Positions 40,366 to 50,139 of a stretch of 64,000 nt of DNA are shown here, piece after piece. Under the pieces are notes generated by a model. It saw only the letters and a list, made by a program, of their open reading frames with translations, did no database searches and was not told the DNA's origin. Position 1 is the first letter of the stretch, and each line of letters begins with the position of its first letter. This DNA comes from an uncultured bacterium (GTDB taxonomy: Bacteria; Babelota; Babeliae; Babelales; RVW-14): positions 1-64,000 of the forward strand of contig CAVXAT010000011.1 in NCBI GenBank assembly GCA_963759805.1, written 5' to 3'. Position numbers and translations under genes: made by a program.

Positions 40366-41685
40366 TTAAAGGCTTTTTATACCGACACAATTCCATTCAT
40401 CCGAAATCTTTTTGACAGCAACTTTATCAAAACATACTGCAATTCCACAGTCCCCTCCCCCGGCACCGGAGAGCTTGGCAGCTGCACCATATCTTTGGGC
40501 AATTCCAACCAGTTTTTTTAATTCTTGAGTCTCCAACTCGATGCCAGATTCAATACTTAATTGAGCAAGCAGATCTCGATTTTTATTTATTAAATCAATT
40601 ATTTTAACTTGATCACAGCATTTGAGTGCGCTAACAAGTTTGCATACAACAGAATTTATTGACTCCATAATTTTTTTGTACTGCACCAGATTTTCTTGTC
40701 TGAATTTATGCATTTTTTCAATCATTTTGTGAGTTGACGCACTGCAGCCGGTAAATCCTATCAATACACGCAATTTTTCAGGCATTTTAATCTCTTTAAT
40801 TTCAAGATTTGGCCAATCGGCAAAAATTATGTCACTAATTTTTTGCCCAAATTCTGCTTTTGACCCTAATTTCGACGCTACTTTTAATTCAAGTTTTGAT
40901 TTAAGCCATTCAGGATCAAATCTACTGTAAATAATCGGCTTTTGATAAGTTGAGCATGCAACATCAAAACCGCTACCCAATTTACCAAATGCAAGATAAT
41001 GAGATATGCATGCAAGTTTAAAAATTAAGTCTACGTTTTTAACAGAATCAGTATCAAAATCATGAAATTTCAAAATAGCCTTGCAAACTGCAACAACAAC
41101 AGCGGCACTGCTACCAAGCCCAGGTTTGCAAAAACTAAACTTACTGTGCCCCGGCATTGCTAAATCATTAACATTTGAAATCTCAGAAATAACCGTTAGC
41201 TCAAACGGTTTTATCGCCGCGCCCTGCTCACTCAAAAACTGCAGGCTGTTTTGAATGGCGATAAAACATGGCTTGAAACGTAACTTTTGCACTTGAGAAA
41301 TATTTGCATGATTTGCAAGAGAAACGCCATCCCAGCGCAGAACAACGTCAATCAAATCGATATCTTGGGAATTAAAAATAATCTGCTCGCAGGATACTGC
41401 ACCATTTTGCGTAATTAATATATCATTCTTGCCCGCTCGTGGTGAGTGTTTTTTGCAGGCCGCACCCTTCGATACGCCTCGCAAAGCTCGGCACTCAGGG
41501 CGAGCGGCCAAAAAAAATGTATCGAACCATGCGGGCATAAAATTTGCCTCTAATGGTACGAGTTGTACAGTAACATACTTTTGTACCGGCAAAACAATAC
41601 AACTGTTGCCCGGCTCAAGAACTCCCCACTCTCCGGCAAGCATAATTTTACCTGGAGCTTTAACCTCAATCACCGGCAACTCCAC
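40366..41685 (-). CDS. mvaK2: Phosphomevalonate kinase (GHMP family)
   Basis: APGK..LAGEW.VLEPG, K.GLGSSAA, GSGFDVA.S, KLSGAGGGDCG; adjacent to mvaD; about 35-aa element-derived insertion. Confidence 0.88.
   Translation of the reverse strand: MELPVIEVKAPGKIMLAGEWGVLEPGNSCIVLPVQKYVTVQLVPLEANFMPAWFDTFFLAARPECRALRGVSKGAACKKHSPRAGKNDILITQNGAVSCEQIIFNSQDIDLIDVVLRWDGVSLANHANISQVQKLRFKPCFIAIQNSLQFLSEQGAAIKPFELTVISEISNVNDLAMPGHSKFSFCKPGLGSSAAVVVAVCKAILKFHDFDTDSVKNVDLIFKLACISHYLAFGKLGSGFDVACSTYQKPIIYSRFDPEWLKSKLELKVASKLGSKAEFGQKISDIIFADWPNLEIKEIKMPEKLRVLIGFTGCSASTHKMIEKMHKFRQENLVQYKKIMESINSVVCKLVSALKCCDQVKIIDLINKNRDLLAQLSIESGIELETQELKKLVGIAQRYGAAAKLSGAGGGDCGIAVCFDKVAVKKISDEWNCVGIKSL
41431..41536. repeat. 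Family-A element with an inverted family-A element nested in its loop, inside mvaK2
   Basis: Outer GCCCGC-TCGTGGTGAGTG...TGTATCGAACCAT-GCGGGC; inner GGCCGC-ACCCTTCGATACG...CACTCAGGGCGA-GCGGCC (41458-41509). Confidence 0.85.
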
Positions 41686-42724
41686 TTACAATTACCTGAA
41701 TATCTTCGGTATTTATATCTCCGATATGTATATCTTCGATATTTTTAAGTTCAGATAAAATTTTATCCTGATACTTTTCAAGAGTGAGAATTTTAACATT
41801 CGGTCCGGCATCAATTGTGAAATAACACTGAACTCCATTTGCCCGTAATTGATTGACCTGATTGATGATTTTACCCGTTTTATCCGTCCAGTAATTTATT
41901 GGGGGATTAGCATTGCGCATTGTTTCATGCATCTCAAGACAATCAATCTGGGCTAATTCTCCAACAACATCCAAATCTTTATTGCCAATTGCATCAAGAA
42001 TCAACTTTACACGACGCTCCGAACTGTTAAGCCAATCCTGATAAATTTTGCTGGTTTTGACGGTAATCTGCATAGCCTGAGTTGAACTTATATGCTTTTG
42101 TTTAGACTGAACCACTACAACAATTATCCTCAAATCCGGCCAATGGTCAGCTTTAAAAATCTGCTCTGAATAAGAATCAACTCCCTGAGGTGAAGAACCT
42201 TTATGCCACAGATTAAAGCCTCCAAGTATAGATCTGGAGGCAGATCCGGAACCACGACGGGCTAAAATGGAAAGTTCTTTAGAATCAAGATTTAATTCAC
42301 AAAGCTCGTTCAACCCTTTTGCAAGGGCTGCAAAACCACTTGCACTACTGGCAAGCCCGGCAGCAGTTGGAAAATTGTTTACAGAATCAACCTGAAAGAA
42401 TGCATCTTGCAAAGCCTTGCCCTGCAAAATCGCTTCTTGTGAAGACAAGTCTTGTAAGTACTTGTCACCTGCGAACTTTTTACGAAAAACATGCAAGAAT
42501 CTCAAAATTTTAACTTTGGTCTCATCTTGCACAAAATCACCGTTTATCTTGATTACATCGCAATCCCCTGAACCAAATCCAATCTCAGTCGTTGTTTTTA
42601 AAGCATCAAGAGAAACAGAAACACTGCTTTTTGTTGGCAACATAAAAAATTCATCTCTTTTCCCCCAGTACTTAATCAAGGCTATATTTGCATTTGCTGA
42701 TGCGATAACAGACTTCATAATCAA
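41666..42724 (-). CDS. mvaD: Diphosphomevalonate decarboxylase
   Basis: NIALIKYWGK, NNFPTAAGLASSASG, RRGSGSASRS, FTIDAGPNV. Confidence 0.96.
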   Translation of the reverse strand: MIMKSVIASANANIALIKYWGKRDEFFMLPTKSSVSVSLDALKTTTEIGFGSGDCDVIKINGDFVQDETKVKILRFLHVFRKKFAGDKYLQDLSSQEAILQGKALQDAFFQVDSVNNFPTAAGLASSASGFAALAKGLNELCELNLDSKELSILARRGSGSASRSILGGFNLWHKGSSPQGVDSYSEQIFKADHWPDLRIIVVVVQSKQKHISSTQAMQITVKTSKIYQDWLNSSERRVKLILDAIGNKDLDVVGELAQIDCLEMHETMRNANPPINYWTDKTGKIINQVNQLRANGVQCYFTIDAGPNVKILTLEKYQDKILSELKNIEDIHIGDINTEDIQVIVSGVAGD

Positions 42725-42826
42725 CTTTTGCCCTTAAAAACAACGTAATCTTTATTTTAAAATCCAAATGGGTTAGAGTGAGCTGGTAATCAGTATAATA
42801 TAAAAGTTAAATAAATTGAGAAAAAA

Positions 42827-43303
42827 ATGAGATATTCGTTTAGATGCGGGCTGGGCTTTGGAATTACATCCGGCGTTATTACAACACTTGGACTTCTTGT
42901 TGGGTTGAGCGCAGGCACCCAGTCTAAGTTGGCAGTTATCGGTGGTATCTTAACAATAGCAATTGCAGACGCGCTTTCTGATTCACTTGGAATGCATATT
43001 TCAAAGGAGTTTGAAAGTCGAGCCTCTGCCACAGAAAATTGGGAAGCCACGCTGGTAACATTTTTCTCCAAATTTTTCGTTGCACTTTCATTCATAGTTC
43101 CGGCGTTATACATGGAACTCTCAACGGCAATAAAAGTTGGCGTTGCATGGGGCCTCTTTCTTCTTTGCGCATTCAGCTACGTCATAGCAAAGGATAGAAA
43201 AGTAAATCCCTTGTACGTAATGGGCGAGCATGTTTTTATTGCATCTGTTGTAATCTTAACAGTTCAAGTTGTTGGAACTTTTATTAGAAGCATTTTTATC
43301 TGA
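42827..43303 (+). CDS. VIT1/CCC1-like membrane protein
   Basis: FGITSGVITTLGL..G, IAIADALSD..G.H.S.E. Confidence 0.75.
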   Translation: MRYSFRCGLGFGITSGVITTLGLLVGLSAGTQSKLAVIGGILTIAIADALSDSLGMHISKEFESRASATENWEATLVTFFSKFFVALSFIVPALYMELSTAIKVGVAWGLFLLCAFSYVIAKDRKVNPLYVMGEHVFIASVVILTVQVVGTFIRSIFI

Positions 43304-43557
43304 TCAGAAGGGCTAAAAACGCAGAAAAATATCTTAATTTCACGCTTTTTTAGCCCTTTTTCGAAGTTTTTAGATTTTGTTGATTTTTTCCTATTTGTCA
43401 TTATAATGAAAATAGATGGTTGTTTTTAATACTTTTAACTTTTAAGTCAAAATATTTAGAGGAGGTTCCAGATTGAACATATAATACAAAACATTGTAAA
43501 TTTAAATTCGGAGAAGTCATTTTTAAAAATAAAATCTATTAAGTAAGAAAGAATATA

Positions 43558-44496
43558 ATGAAATTATTTAATTTAATGAAAATTGTTTTTTTAATCAATT
43601 TTTTAGCTGTTCTTGATAACTGTTTTCCCATGGGTCAATACCCCACTATGTTCGATAGATCAGGCGGGGGAATTGTTATGATAAATGGCAGAGTAATGGG
43701 TGGAGGTGCAGGACCTGTTATAGTTCCATCCGGCCAGATTGAAACAAAGGCATATAAGCTAGATAATGCCATTACAGATGTAAAACTATCTGCAATCGGA
43801 ACCCTTATTATTTCTCAAGTAAATGAAGGCAGTTCAGATTCATTGGAAGTAAGAGCTGATCAAAATGTTTTGCCATTTGTTAATCCAATCCTTGATGAAG
43901 GATGTCTGTCCCTTGATCTAAAAGACAATGTGGTTATAAACGGTAACGTGACGCTGATCTATATTCTTAAAGTTAAATCTCTTGAATCTGTAAAGATATC
44001 AGGACATGGTAATATAAAGTTTGAAGAACAATTTAGAACTCCAAAACTTTCAGTTGCAGTTTCTGGGAATGGAAAACTTGAAGCGAATGACATTTTAACT
44101 GGTAAATTAAAATTGAAAATTTCAGGTAAAGGAAATTTTAATATAAACATGCTTAATTGCGAAGAATTAAAGTCTGAAATATCTGGAAATGGATCAATGA
44201 ATTTTAATAATGGTTCAGCTAAAAATCAGATTTTTACAATTTCAGGAAATGGTCACATTCTTGCAGCACAATTAAAAGGCGAGACTGCAAATGTTGATAT
44301 ATCTGGGAGTGGATCTGCACATGTCAATATTGATGGTAGATTAGTTGTTAGTGCACCAAATATGGATTGTGTTATTAATCATGGGCGCGCCACTCCAATA
44401 TTTAAAAGAAACTTCTTCCTCATCTGTGGTTATGAATGGGGTCACTATCTCAGGTGTCAACATGTCAGGCGTCAGCATAGGATCATGTTTTGTTAA
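43558..44496 (+). CDS. Secreted GIN/DUF2807-like beta-helix protein (C-terminus may be frameshifted)
   Basis: Repeated L...ISG.G units; signal peptide. Confidence 0.8.
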   Translation: MKLFNLMKIVFLINFLAVLDNCFPMGQYPTMFDRSGGGIVMINGRVMGGGAGPVIVPSGQIETKAYKLDNAITDVKLSAIGTLIISQVNEGSSDSLEVRADQNVLPFVNPILDEGCLSLDLKDNVVINGNVTLIYILKVKSLESVKISGHGNIKFEEQFRTPKLSVAVSGNGKLEANDILTGKLKLKISGKGNFNINMLNCEELKSEISGNGSMNFNNGSAKNQIFTISGNGHILAAQLKGETANVDISGSGSAHVNIDGRLVVSAPNMDCVINHGRATPIFKRNFFLICGYEWGHYLRCQHVRRQHRIMFC

Positions 44497-44543
44497 TGGA
44501 AAAAGGGTTTGGTAATTATTAACGATATCGTTTCGTTGAGTTG

Positions 44544-44589
44544 ATGTAAAAAAAGAGTCCTCAGATAAAAATGGGGACTCTTTTTACAT
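44544..44589. terminator. Bidirectional terminator
   Basis: ATGTAAAAAAAGAGTCCTC...GGGGACTCTTTTTACAT between convergent genes. Confidence 0.75.
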
Positions 44590-44590
44590 T

Positions 44591-45298
44591 TTAGTAGCTG
44601 CGTACCGCACAAAAAATTAGAATAAATGCCCAAGTCAGCAAGACCGTAAAAAAAACAGAGTCAAAGCGATCGAGAAATCCACCATGCCCCGGCAGAACAT
44701 TGCCAACATCTTTTAAACCTTTGCGGCGCTTTAAAATAGAGATCAGCATGCCACCAAGAAATGCGCAAGCAGTAAATATTAACGAAATTACAAGAACTGC
44801 TGCAAGTGTTAAGATTGTAATTTTGCAAAAATAAGAACAGATTGGTTCAATTTTGATTTTTGGCAAAAGAAAAAAATTCAAAATTGACACGCCCACAAAA
44901 CTGCCTAAAATACCCTCCCACGATTTGCCCGGACTAATTGTTGGGTAAATTTTATGGGTACCCCATATTTTCCCAACAAAATATCCAAATGTGTCCGCAG
45001 TCCATGCAACTAAAAACGGATAAAGCGGTATGAGCAGATCAACCGAGTGGAAACGGTAATTCAAAAAAATCAGACTAAATATGGGCAAAATTGGATAAAA
45101 AACAGTTGCAATCCACGAGAACGGCGACTCAAAACTAACAAGTTTTGGCCATTCAAAAACAAGAACCAAAATAAGAATTATAAGCAACAGCAATGAAAAC
45201 ATTGCAACTGAGTGAAGATATGCTCCACCAAAACAGAAAACAATAACTAGTGAGGTTAACAGTCGTTTGAAAAATTCAGCACTAAAAATAAAAATCAT
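44591..45298 (-). CDS. cdsA: Phosphatidate cytidylyltransferase
   Basis: DTFGYFVG, ISPGKSWEG, S.LKR..GLKD.G..LPGHGGFLDRFDS. Confidence 0.95.
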   Translation of the reverse strand: MIFIFSAEFFKRLLTSLVIVFCFGGAYLHSVAMFSLLLLIILILVLVFEWPKLVSFESPFSWIATVFYPILPIFSLIFLNYRFHSVDLLIPLYPFLVAWTADTFGYFVGKIWGTHKIYPTISPGKSWEGILGSFVGVSILNFFLLPKIKIEPICSYFCKITILTLAAVLVISLIFTACAFLGGMLISILKRRKGLKDVGNVLPGHGGFLDRFDSVFFTVLLTWAFILIFCAVRSY

Positions 45299-46212
45299 TT
45301 TTTATAAACTACCTTTCGCAAACAAAGCCCACACGCCTCGGCTTTGAGCAACGTTTGTCTTGGATCCGGATTCTCTAACAACGTCTTTATGTAGTTTACA
45401 GATAAATTCTTACGACGTGCAACATCCAGCGCATATCCAATCATGCGACGGATCTGAAAGCGCAGAAAGCCCGGACCTTTTACTGTAACCCTAAGCATGC
45501 CTAATCGATCAAGGCGCTCTAATTTTACGCTGTCGATAGTACGTATGGTAGACTTTTTCCCAAACTTAAGAACCCGTTGAAATGGTTCGACAAGCTCCCA
45601 GGCTTCGCCCTTCGTGGCTACGCCGGGCACGGCACCACGAGCGGGTTCTTCCCCCCGCTCATCCTGAGTGATTTGCGTAGCAAATTGTATCGAAGGATCA
45701 CGGTCTTCCGCATCCACTTTACAAAATGACCCAAAATCATGCTGCCCAACATACAAATTCAAGGCATTTTCAAACTTACCCAGATCAACCTGATCTATAA
45801 ACTTGTATAACCAAGCATAGCGAGCCAAAAAGGGTAAGGGCCGTTTAAAAAAAAGATGATAATAGTAAGTTTTTTGTGCAACATTAAAGCATGCATGAAA
45901 TTCATCTGGCACTACTTGCAAGTCGCGAATTAATATACTTTTGGGTAACATGTTATTCCAAGCCGATTTAATGATATTCAGATCTAAATCACAAAGCTCT
46001 GTTTTAAACATAGCCACCTGCTCCAAAGCATGTACCCCCGTATCTGTACGCGACGCACCAATTAAATTTATTTGATAACCAAAAACTTTACTGAATGTTT
46101 GCTCCAGGGTAGATGAAATTGAAACGGCTTCCGGCTGTTTCTGCCAGCCGAAAAAATCAGTCCCATCATAAGCAATAATTGCTTTTATCTTTTGATTATT
46201 CAACTTTTGCAT
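45295..46212 (-). CDS. truA: tRNA pseudouridine(38-40) synthase
   Basis: YDGT.F.GWQKQ, ASRTDTGVHA, HDF.SF, GFLR.QIR; about 45-aa element-derived insertion; start MQKL preferred. Confidence 0.95.
   Translation of the reverse strand: MQKLNNQKIKAIIAYDGTDFFGWQKQPEAVSISSTLEQTFSKVFGYQINLIGASRTDTGVHALEQVAMFKTELCDLDLNIIKSAWNNMLPKSILIRDLQVVPDEFHACFNVAQKTYYYHLFFKRPLPFLARYAWLYKFIDQVDLGKFENALNLYVGQHDFGSFCKVDAEDRDPSIQFATQITQDERGEEPARGAVPGVATKGEAWELVEPFQRVLKFGKKSTIRTIDSVKLERLDRLGMLRVTVKGPGFLRFQIRRMIGYALDVARRKNLSVNYIKTLLENPDPRQTLLKAEACGLCLRKVVYKK
45568..45703. repeat. Composite family A(B)+A hairpin element in frame in truA
   Basis: GGTTCGACAAGCTC[36 bp, 45598-45633]ACCACGAGCG followed by CCGCTCATCCTGAGTG...TGTATCGAAGGA. 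Confidence 0.88.
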
Positions 46213-46471
46213 ATTTTTCCCAAAACCTGACTGCCATTTTGCAAAACAGACATTATAAATATTAAGATTATTGCATTTATACAAAATAAGTACCCCCATC
46301 CAGGCGAACGCCTCGGACAGGGGAAATGGAGGTTATCAAGATTTATTTCAATCAGATCATACAATACATACATAAAAAAATCAAACTATTTTTTCCAAAT
46401 CTTGTGTGCCCAATCTCCGCCCTCAAAACTATTTCAGTTTATGCATTTAACTCAAAATAAAGATTAAAAAT

Positions 46472-47665
46472 TTACAATTTTTTACTAAACCTGCCCCGAC
46501 CCCGGATTGGGATACTGGCCACCGCCTGGTATACCCGTTGGTAGTGGCTGACAACTCCGTCAATGCAAAACGCTGTCCCAACAAGCTCTAAGTTACGTTC
46601 GCCAATAGCACGCTTCAACCGACGATCTCCTTGGTGATCTTGAAAAAGCCTGTCAATGGCCGTTGCATAGCCTTCAATATCATTTGGATAAACCAGAAAG
46701 CCGTTAACTTCTGGCGTTATAACATCGTGCCTATTTATATCTAAATTTGTTGAGATAATAGGAAGACCAAAGGCCATCGCCTCAAGCAATGCAATAGATA
46801 AACCCTCACTCTGAGAGGATAAAGCAAAGCAATCAAAAATTGGGTAAAATTTGTAGGCATCAGGGCGAAAGCCTGTAAAAACAACCCTATCTTCTATTTT
46901 TAGAATTTTAACTAGCTCTGCAAGTTCTGCTGCCTGGCTCCCGTCGCCCACAATGCAAAGCTTGGCTTTAGCCCCCGGATTTTGGCTCAAAAACAAAGCA
47001 AAAGCCTTTATCAAAACATCATAAGATTTTATAGGCTCAAGCCGGCCCACAGCCCCTACAATAAAATCTCCGTCAGAAAACCCAAAGCCTTTTCTACACA
47101 ATGGATTTGTAAATGCTTTATCTCGCAGAGCTTGCATGTCAATGCCATTTTTGATAACTACAAGTTTGGAGTACGGGTTGCTTTGAACTTTATTGCACTT
47201 GCAAGCACCAATAATATTTTTTAAATACGCGTCTTTGACAGAATCAGAAACAGCAACGATTTTTGCACAATAATTCACAGTTCTACGATCAAGCCAGTTT
47301 CGCAACTGACCTTCATCAAAACTGTTTCCATGCAGATCACAGATAACGGGAATTTTGGAAAATTTAGAAATTAATCGAGCAATGATATTAGCAGACCAAA
47401 GAGATGAGTGAATAACATCCGGACGTACTAATTTTATAATTCTTTTTAAACGCAAAATGCCAACCAAATCGTAAGTGCAACAAATTCCGGAAATTTTATA
47501 GACATCGACACCAAGTTCTTCTATTTTTTTTGCGTTTGGGCCATGATGGAAATACGCAACTGAATGTGTATTTCCATCTTTGCCTACAACTTTGGAGAGA
47601 TAATTAACTAGAGCACTTTCCGCACCACCTACTTTTAAACTTGTAATTAGGTGCAAAATATTCAT
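46472..47665 (-). CDS. Glycosyltransferase family 4
   Basis: GGAE, NGID, VGRL...K, S..EG....LLEAMA.G.P. Confidence 0.92.
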   Translation of the reverse strand: MNILHLITSLKVGGAESALVNYLSKVVGKDGNTHSVAYFHHGPNAKKIEELGVDVYKISGICCTYDLVGILRLKRIIKLVRPDVIHSSLWSANIIARLISKFSKIPVICDLHGNSFDEGQLRNWLDRRTVNYCAKIVAVSDSVKDAYLKNIIGACKCNKVQSNPYSKLVVIKNGIDMQALRDKAFTNPLCRKGFGFSDGDFIVGAVGRLEPIKSYDVLIKAFALFLSQNPGAKAKLCIVGDGSQAAELAELVKILKIEDRVVFTGFRPDAYKFYPIFDCFALSSQSEGLSIALLEAMAFGLPIISTNLDINRHDVITPEVNGFLVYPNDIEGYATAIDRLFQDHQGDRRLKRAIGERNLELVGTAFCIDGVVSHYQRVYQAVASIPIRGRGRFSKKL

Positions 47666-47697
47666 AGATTATTACTCAGATATGTTACTCAGATATG

Positions 47698-50139
47698 CTA
47701 TTCAAAATCTCCGCCCTGGCCACCTTGAGGTGGAACTCCACCACCATTGGACTCTTTGTCAAAAAATGTTACCAGTTTTTTACTTCGTGATGGATGGCGT
47801 AATTTACGCAAAGCCTTAACTTCAATCTGACGAATACGTTCACGAGTAACTGAAAAATCTTTTCCTACCTCTTCAAGGGTATGCTCAGATGCAACATCTA
47901 TTCCAAAGCGCATCTTTAACACTTTTTCTTCTCTTGGGGTAAGCGACTTTAGAACTTCACGAACCTTCTCTTTCAGATCCTCGTTAACAACGGCATCAAC
48001 AGGTGAGTACTCATTCTCATCTTCGATAAAATCTTTTAACGATGTATCATCGCTATCACCAACCGGAGTTTCAAGCGATACAGGCTCTTTTGATATCTTG
48101 ATAATATTTTTAATCTTTTTCTCATCAAGATTTAGCTCTTTGGCCAACTCTGCATAACTTGGTTCACGACCGGCTTCCTGAATGTATGTACGCGTAATCT
48201 TGTTTATCTTACTTAATGTTTCAACCATATGGACCGGAACACGAATCGTACGTGATTGATCTGCAATTGCTCGAGTGATAGCCTGGCGAATCCACCAAGT
48301 AGCATAGGTTGAAAATTTGAATCCACGTTCAAATTCAAATTTTTCAACAGCCTTGAGCAACCCAATATTACCTTCTTGAATTAAATCCAAAAAGTGTAAC
48401 CCTCTGTTTATATATTTTTTTGCAATATTAACAACAAGTCGCAAATTTGCACGAGCAAGATCGTCTTTTGCCTCTTTATCTTTGTGCTGAGCTTTGACAA
48501 ACTGCTTATACAGGGATATCATTTTGTCTTTTGATAGACCCGCTTCCTGCTCAGTCTTTTTAATCATTTTTTGAGAACTACGAACTGAAACATCAAGCGC
48601 TGCCAACTGCCCCAAATCATCCTGTGTTGGTTTTTTTATGCCTTTGTAAAATTTAAGTTTTTCCTCGCCAATTTTAATATCGGCCTCACGCTCTTGAATT
48701 TTGGCAATTAGCTTTTCAATCCGTTTTCCAAATTTTCTTATCAACTTGTTTGAATACTTAATTTCAGCAATCGCCTGAATTACCTTCTTCTTATTCTCAT
48801 CAACCTTGGCCAACATCTCTTTCTTTTTTGCTTCGCTAGAAAGCTGAGGACGATAGGCACGGTAAATCTTGTCTTCATTCTCAATAAGACTCTTAATTTT
48901 ACCAATCTGACCCAAAAGCCTGATTCGCTCTTCCTCGAATTTTGGAGAATTATCCTCATCAAAATCGGAAAACTGAATTACATCTTTTAAAAACATTGGA
49001 TCGCGACCAAGACGTTCTTCAAAACCTATTAATTCTTTGGCCACAAATGGAAACTTAGATATGGCATCAATGGAATCACGCTTGCCTTGAGCAATTTTAT
49101 CAGCAATAACCTTTTCAGTTGTCTTATTCAGAAGAGGTATTTTACCAATCTCTTTCAAATAAAGCTTAACCGGATCATTCAGCTGACTAGGTTCAATCAA
49201 GCCTCTTAATTTTTCAAGTTCTTTGTCATGCTCAGACTCTTCTTCAAACCCTGTGTATTCGGTACTTTCCAATGATGTTTTCAAATCTTTGGTCATTGGG
49301 GTAAAAGAGGAAACCTCATGTTGCTCTAAAAATACATCCGCCTCGCTTGAACCACCTTCAAGCTCCTCTTGCATAATCAAGTCAATGTTCTCTTTTTCAA
49401 GTATGCCCAGAAGTTCGTTTGTCTCTTCTTCGCCAATTTTGTGTTTGGTTGTAAATAACATTAACTCTTCATAACTCAAAACACCGTCGCCCTTGCCTTT
49501 TTCAATCAAAGCAGCAACCTGTTTTTCCACACTTTTAAGGGTATTTCCGGTAACATCACTATCTTCCACATCAACTATTGCAAGATCTTCCTCTTCAACA
49601 TTGACATCTTCGTGCAAATGTCCCTCTTCATCAATACCTGCACGCTTGGCCTTGACATCAGCCTCTTTTTTGTCGTGAACAAGTTTTTTAAAGACCTCTT
49701 TTTGTTCGCTACTGGAACTTTTTTTATCAGGATTTTTTAAATCTTTTTCTTTTAAAACTTCTTTAACAGGCAACAAAACCTTCTTTTCCGTCTCTTTTTT
49801 TGCAGACTCTTTTTTGACAATCATGGGCTTTACTACAAGTTTTTTTGCTGCCTGCTCTTTGGCCTGCTTTTTTGCCTGTTTCTCTTTTTTGACAATCTTG
49901 GCTGAACGAACTTTAGTCTTAACTTTTTTTACCTGCTTAGGCTTATAGACCCTAGCCTTGACAATCTTTTTCTTAACATTTTTTTTGACCACGGACTTGA
50001 ATCGTGATTTTGAACTTTTTTTTACACTAGCTTTTGCAGAAACTTTCACTCTACTTTTAGCAACTTTCTTTGGAGTAACTTTTTTTGTCTTGGCAAATTT
50101 CTTTAGTTTTTTTATCATACTTTTTATTTTTCTTATCAT
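47698..50139 (-). CDS. rpoD: Primary sigma factor sigma-70 with a long Lys-rich N-terminal extension
   Basis: [55 protein letters not shown]. Confidence 0.97.
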   Translation of the reverse strand: MIRKIKSMIKKLKKFAKTKKVTPKKVAKSRVKVSAKASVKKSSKSRFKSVVKKNVKKKIVKARVYKPKQVKKVKTKVRSAKIVKKEKQAKKQAKEQAAKKLVVKPMIVKKESAKKETEKKVLLPVKEVLKEKDLKNPDKKSSSSEQKEVFKKLVHDKKEADVKAKRAGIDEEGHLHEDVNVEEEDLAIVDVEDSDVTGNTLKSVEKQVAALIEKGKGDGVLSYEELMLFTTKHKIGEEETNELLGILEKENIDLIMQEELEGGSSEADVFLEQHEVSSFTPMTKDLKTSLESTEYTGFEEESEHDKELEKLRGLIEPSQLNDPVKLYLKEIGKIPLLNKTTEKVIADKIAQGKRDSIDAISKFPFVAKELIGFEERLGRDPMFLKDVIQFSDFDEDNSPKFEEERIRLLGQIGKIKSLIENEDKIYRAYRPQLSSEAKKKEMLAKVDENKKKVIQAIAEIKYSNKLIRKFGKRIEKLIAKIQEREADIKIGEEKLKFYKGIKKPTQDDLGQLAALDVSVRSSQKMIKKTEQEAGLSKDKMISLYKQFVKAQHKDKEAKDDLARANLRLVVNIAKKYINRGLHFLDLIQEGNIGLLKAVEKFEFERGFKFSTYATWWIRQAITRAIADQSRTIRVPVHMVETLSKINKITRTYIQEAGREPSYAELAKELNLDEKKIKNIIKISKEPVSLETPVGDSDDTSLKDFIEDENEYSPVDAVVNEDLKEKVREVLKSLTPREEKVLKMRFGIDVASEHTLEEVGKDFSVTRERIRQIEVKALRKLRHPSRSKKLVTFFDKESNGGGVPPQGGQGGDFE

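Noticed and set aside
41429..41758. Antisense ORF over mvaK2
   Set aside because: It is a shadow ORF opened by the GC-rich element, with no independent coding evidence
46295..46330. GC-rich hairpin upstream of truA as an ncRNA
   Set aside because: Too short, and I could not match it to an RNA family or to element families A-C
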